A stretch of 64,000 bases of DNA from Chiloscyllium plagiosum (lineage: Eukaryota), in the NCBI RefSeq assembly GCF_004010195.1, contig NC_057720.1, positions 34,387,453 through 34,451,452 of the forward strand. The letters are read 5' to 3'. The position numbers were made by a program, and so were the translations under genes. Positions within the stretch are counted from its first letter, which is position 1, and every line of letters starts with the position of its first letter. The notes beneath the pieces were generated by a model, which had not been told where the DNA came from, made no database searches, and saw nothing but the letters and a program-made list of their open reading frames with translations. Shown one piece after another: positions 62,066 through 64,000 of this stretch.

Positions 62066-64000
62066 CGCTGCCATTTGACTAAAAGTTTACTTTTTTAAAA
62101 GTTTAAACCAAAATCTTCCTGACTTTTCCTCATATCTATTCACCAACCTTTACATTCAGAAACATATTTAATTCCTATATAAAATTTACACTGACCAGGC
62201 AGCTCTGTTCAAATTGCTTATGACAGAGTTGATGTGTAGAATCTTCATCTCTGTCCGTGACAGTATTGTATGTTTCAGTGGTAAAACTAGTTTGGTAATG
62301 TGGATTGATTAGGTAAACAGCATAGTTTTCTAAACATGTCATGTCAAATTCATTCTTATCTTCGAACATTTACATTTCACAAATGCATTGGGGAATTGGC
62401 CACACAATTTTGACATTTATCAGTCAATGGTTTAAACTTCATTATAAGATCCTAGAGTCAAACCCAGACAGGCTGATGTGATAATCACAGACATATGTCC
62501 TAACCTTCTGCTGTAATGGTGACCAGGGTTTGCAAGCAAAGTCATGATCCAAATGAGAGACTACATACGAATGAGAATGAAGCTCAGGCCACAGGCCAAT
62601 AAACTGTGGTGCAATTTTAGCCCTTTGTCCTTCACAAAATAGTGAATTGTGATTCTTGACATTTACTAATGATTTACTAATGTACAGTGCATTGCACTCA
62701 AGGTTGAAATAGTAGTGATATAACCAAATTTATCAAAGCTAATGTTGCAATAACAGGTAATTCTATGTTTTCTGCTTGCTTGTTTCAAATCCCATAATTT
62801 ATTAGAGATTTGAACACAGAAACGTCTCTTCTGATCAGTAGTTAGTATTCATTCAGCAAGAAACTTTTGTCTCTCCTCTCTGTGAATCTAACACTGATTG
62901 TATTACAGCTGTATGAATTGTTACAAGAACGCAAGTCCTTGACAGCACTTTGCAGACTTACATAAGACCTGGCAGCGTTCACTATTTTTATGTAATAAAT
63001 GTTGTTTTAGAATTACAGAGCACACACACATACACAAAACAAAGAAATGAAAATATATACGTATAAAGGTTCTGTGACTGAGTCAAGTTGCTTAATGAGT
63101 TATTGAATATTAGAAATTTCAAATTAAGCTGGTCATTTCATATCTGCTATTGTTCACTGAGATCTTGTGGTTCACAGGGACAACTCAAATCTATTTTAAT
63201 TCTAATTAGGTATCTATTGGAAAGATCTCTAACCCAACTGTCTGGACCTTTTAGTAATATCTGCATCCTAACTATTTCAATTATATATGAAACCCCAGTT
63301 CCACAAATTAAGGAGCTGTGCTCCATTTCAAAGGCTGTGACTATTTTCTGATTTGGTGCAAGCTATGCATTTCAGTTTCTTATTGGAAGTGCAGACCTCA
63401 ATAGGAGTATCAACAGCTACATCAAGATTGAATTTACAAACATTTGGATTTTATGAATACTTTATAATGCCCTTTAATAACTTTTAAAATGCTTCCCCTT
63501 TAAAACCAGGCACTCATTGTTGGCTAAAATAATCTCAAAAAAGCTGCACATTGTTAGTTCAGAGAGTGACTGAATAAAAGATTTGGATAATAACTGTTAC
63601 AATGCTTGGAGCAATCCACCTTACAGCTTGAGTACTGAAAGCACTGAACCTCTCTAACTCGTAGACCATCAAGACCATAAGGCCAGATAATGTCATTAAA
63701 ATCCTAGAATTTTTCAGGTATGCAATGTTAATTGCAATGTGAATATTAGTTGTCGTTAATAATATTTCATATCTAAGAAATTGAAATAGACAAAGTTGTT
63801 GCGATTCATTGGCATTGAATTTGAAGGTAAATTGTTTTCCAATCCACTTCAATGTTATCGTCCACTTGTTTCCTGGAATAAAGTTTTTTATTCCAACCTT
63901 TGAGTCTCTCCTAATGACCAGCTCATTAATTCTTAACACTTCGAGCAGTATAGGGAAGAGGTGAGTCAACAAATTCCAAATAGCTTGAAAAATACTTACG

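Noticed and set aside
63559..63972. 137-aa minus ORF
   Set aside because: AT-rich, no recognisable domain, directly downstream of a donor-like site, so more likely intronic

Overview
Repeat-dense vertebrate genomic DNA, almost certainly from an elasmobranch (shark). This rests on several tRNA-derived HE1-type SINEs and their partner CR1-clade (HER1-type) LINEs. No protein-coding host gene could be identified. Most long ORFs in the track are decayed retroelement ORFs or their antisense. Main contents: (1) a near full-length, disabled CR1 LINE (419-4940, minus); (2) many CR1/L2-type fragments and SINEs; (3) Penelope-like elements (PLE), including an RT-bearing copy with a 15-bp TSD spanning an assembly gap, and many short PLE ends carrying minimal hammerhead-ribozyme motifs; (4) Tc1/mariner (Tigger-like) MITEs; (5) a decayed Harbinger-type Myb/SANT gene. 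The most unusual feature is a 1.2-kb endogenous retroviral fragment inserted in a LINE (20417-21645). It has a nearly open class I env C-terminal half followed by a 259-bp TG...CA LTR-like unit that is itself a long imperfect palindrome. There is also a 15-bp-period array of five E-box/CLEAR-like sites at about 32.8 kb, and a few weak minus-strand exon candidates. All family assignments come from motif recognition by eye, not database searches, and boundaries of decayed repeats are approximate.
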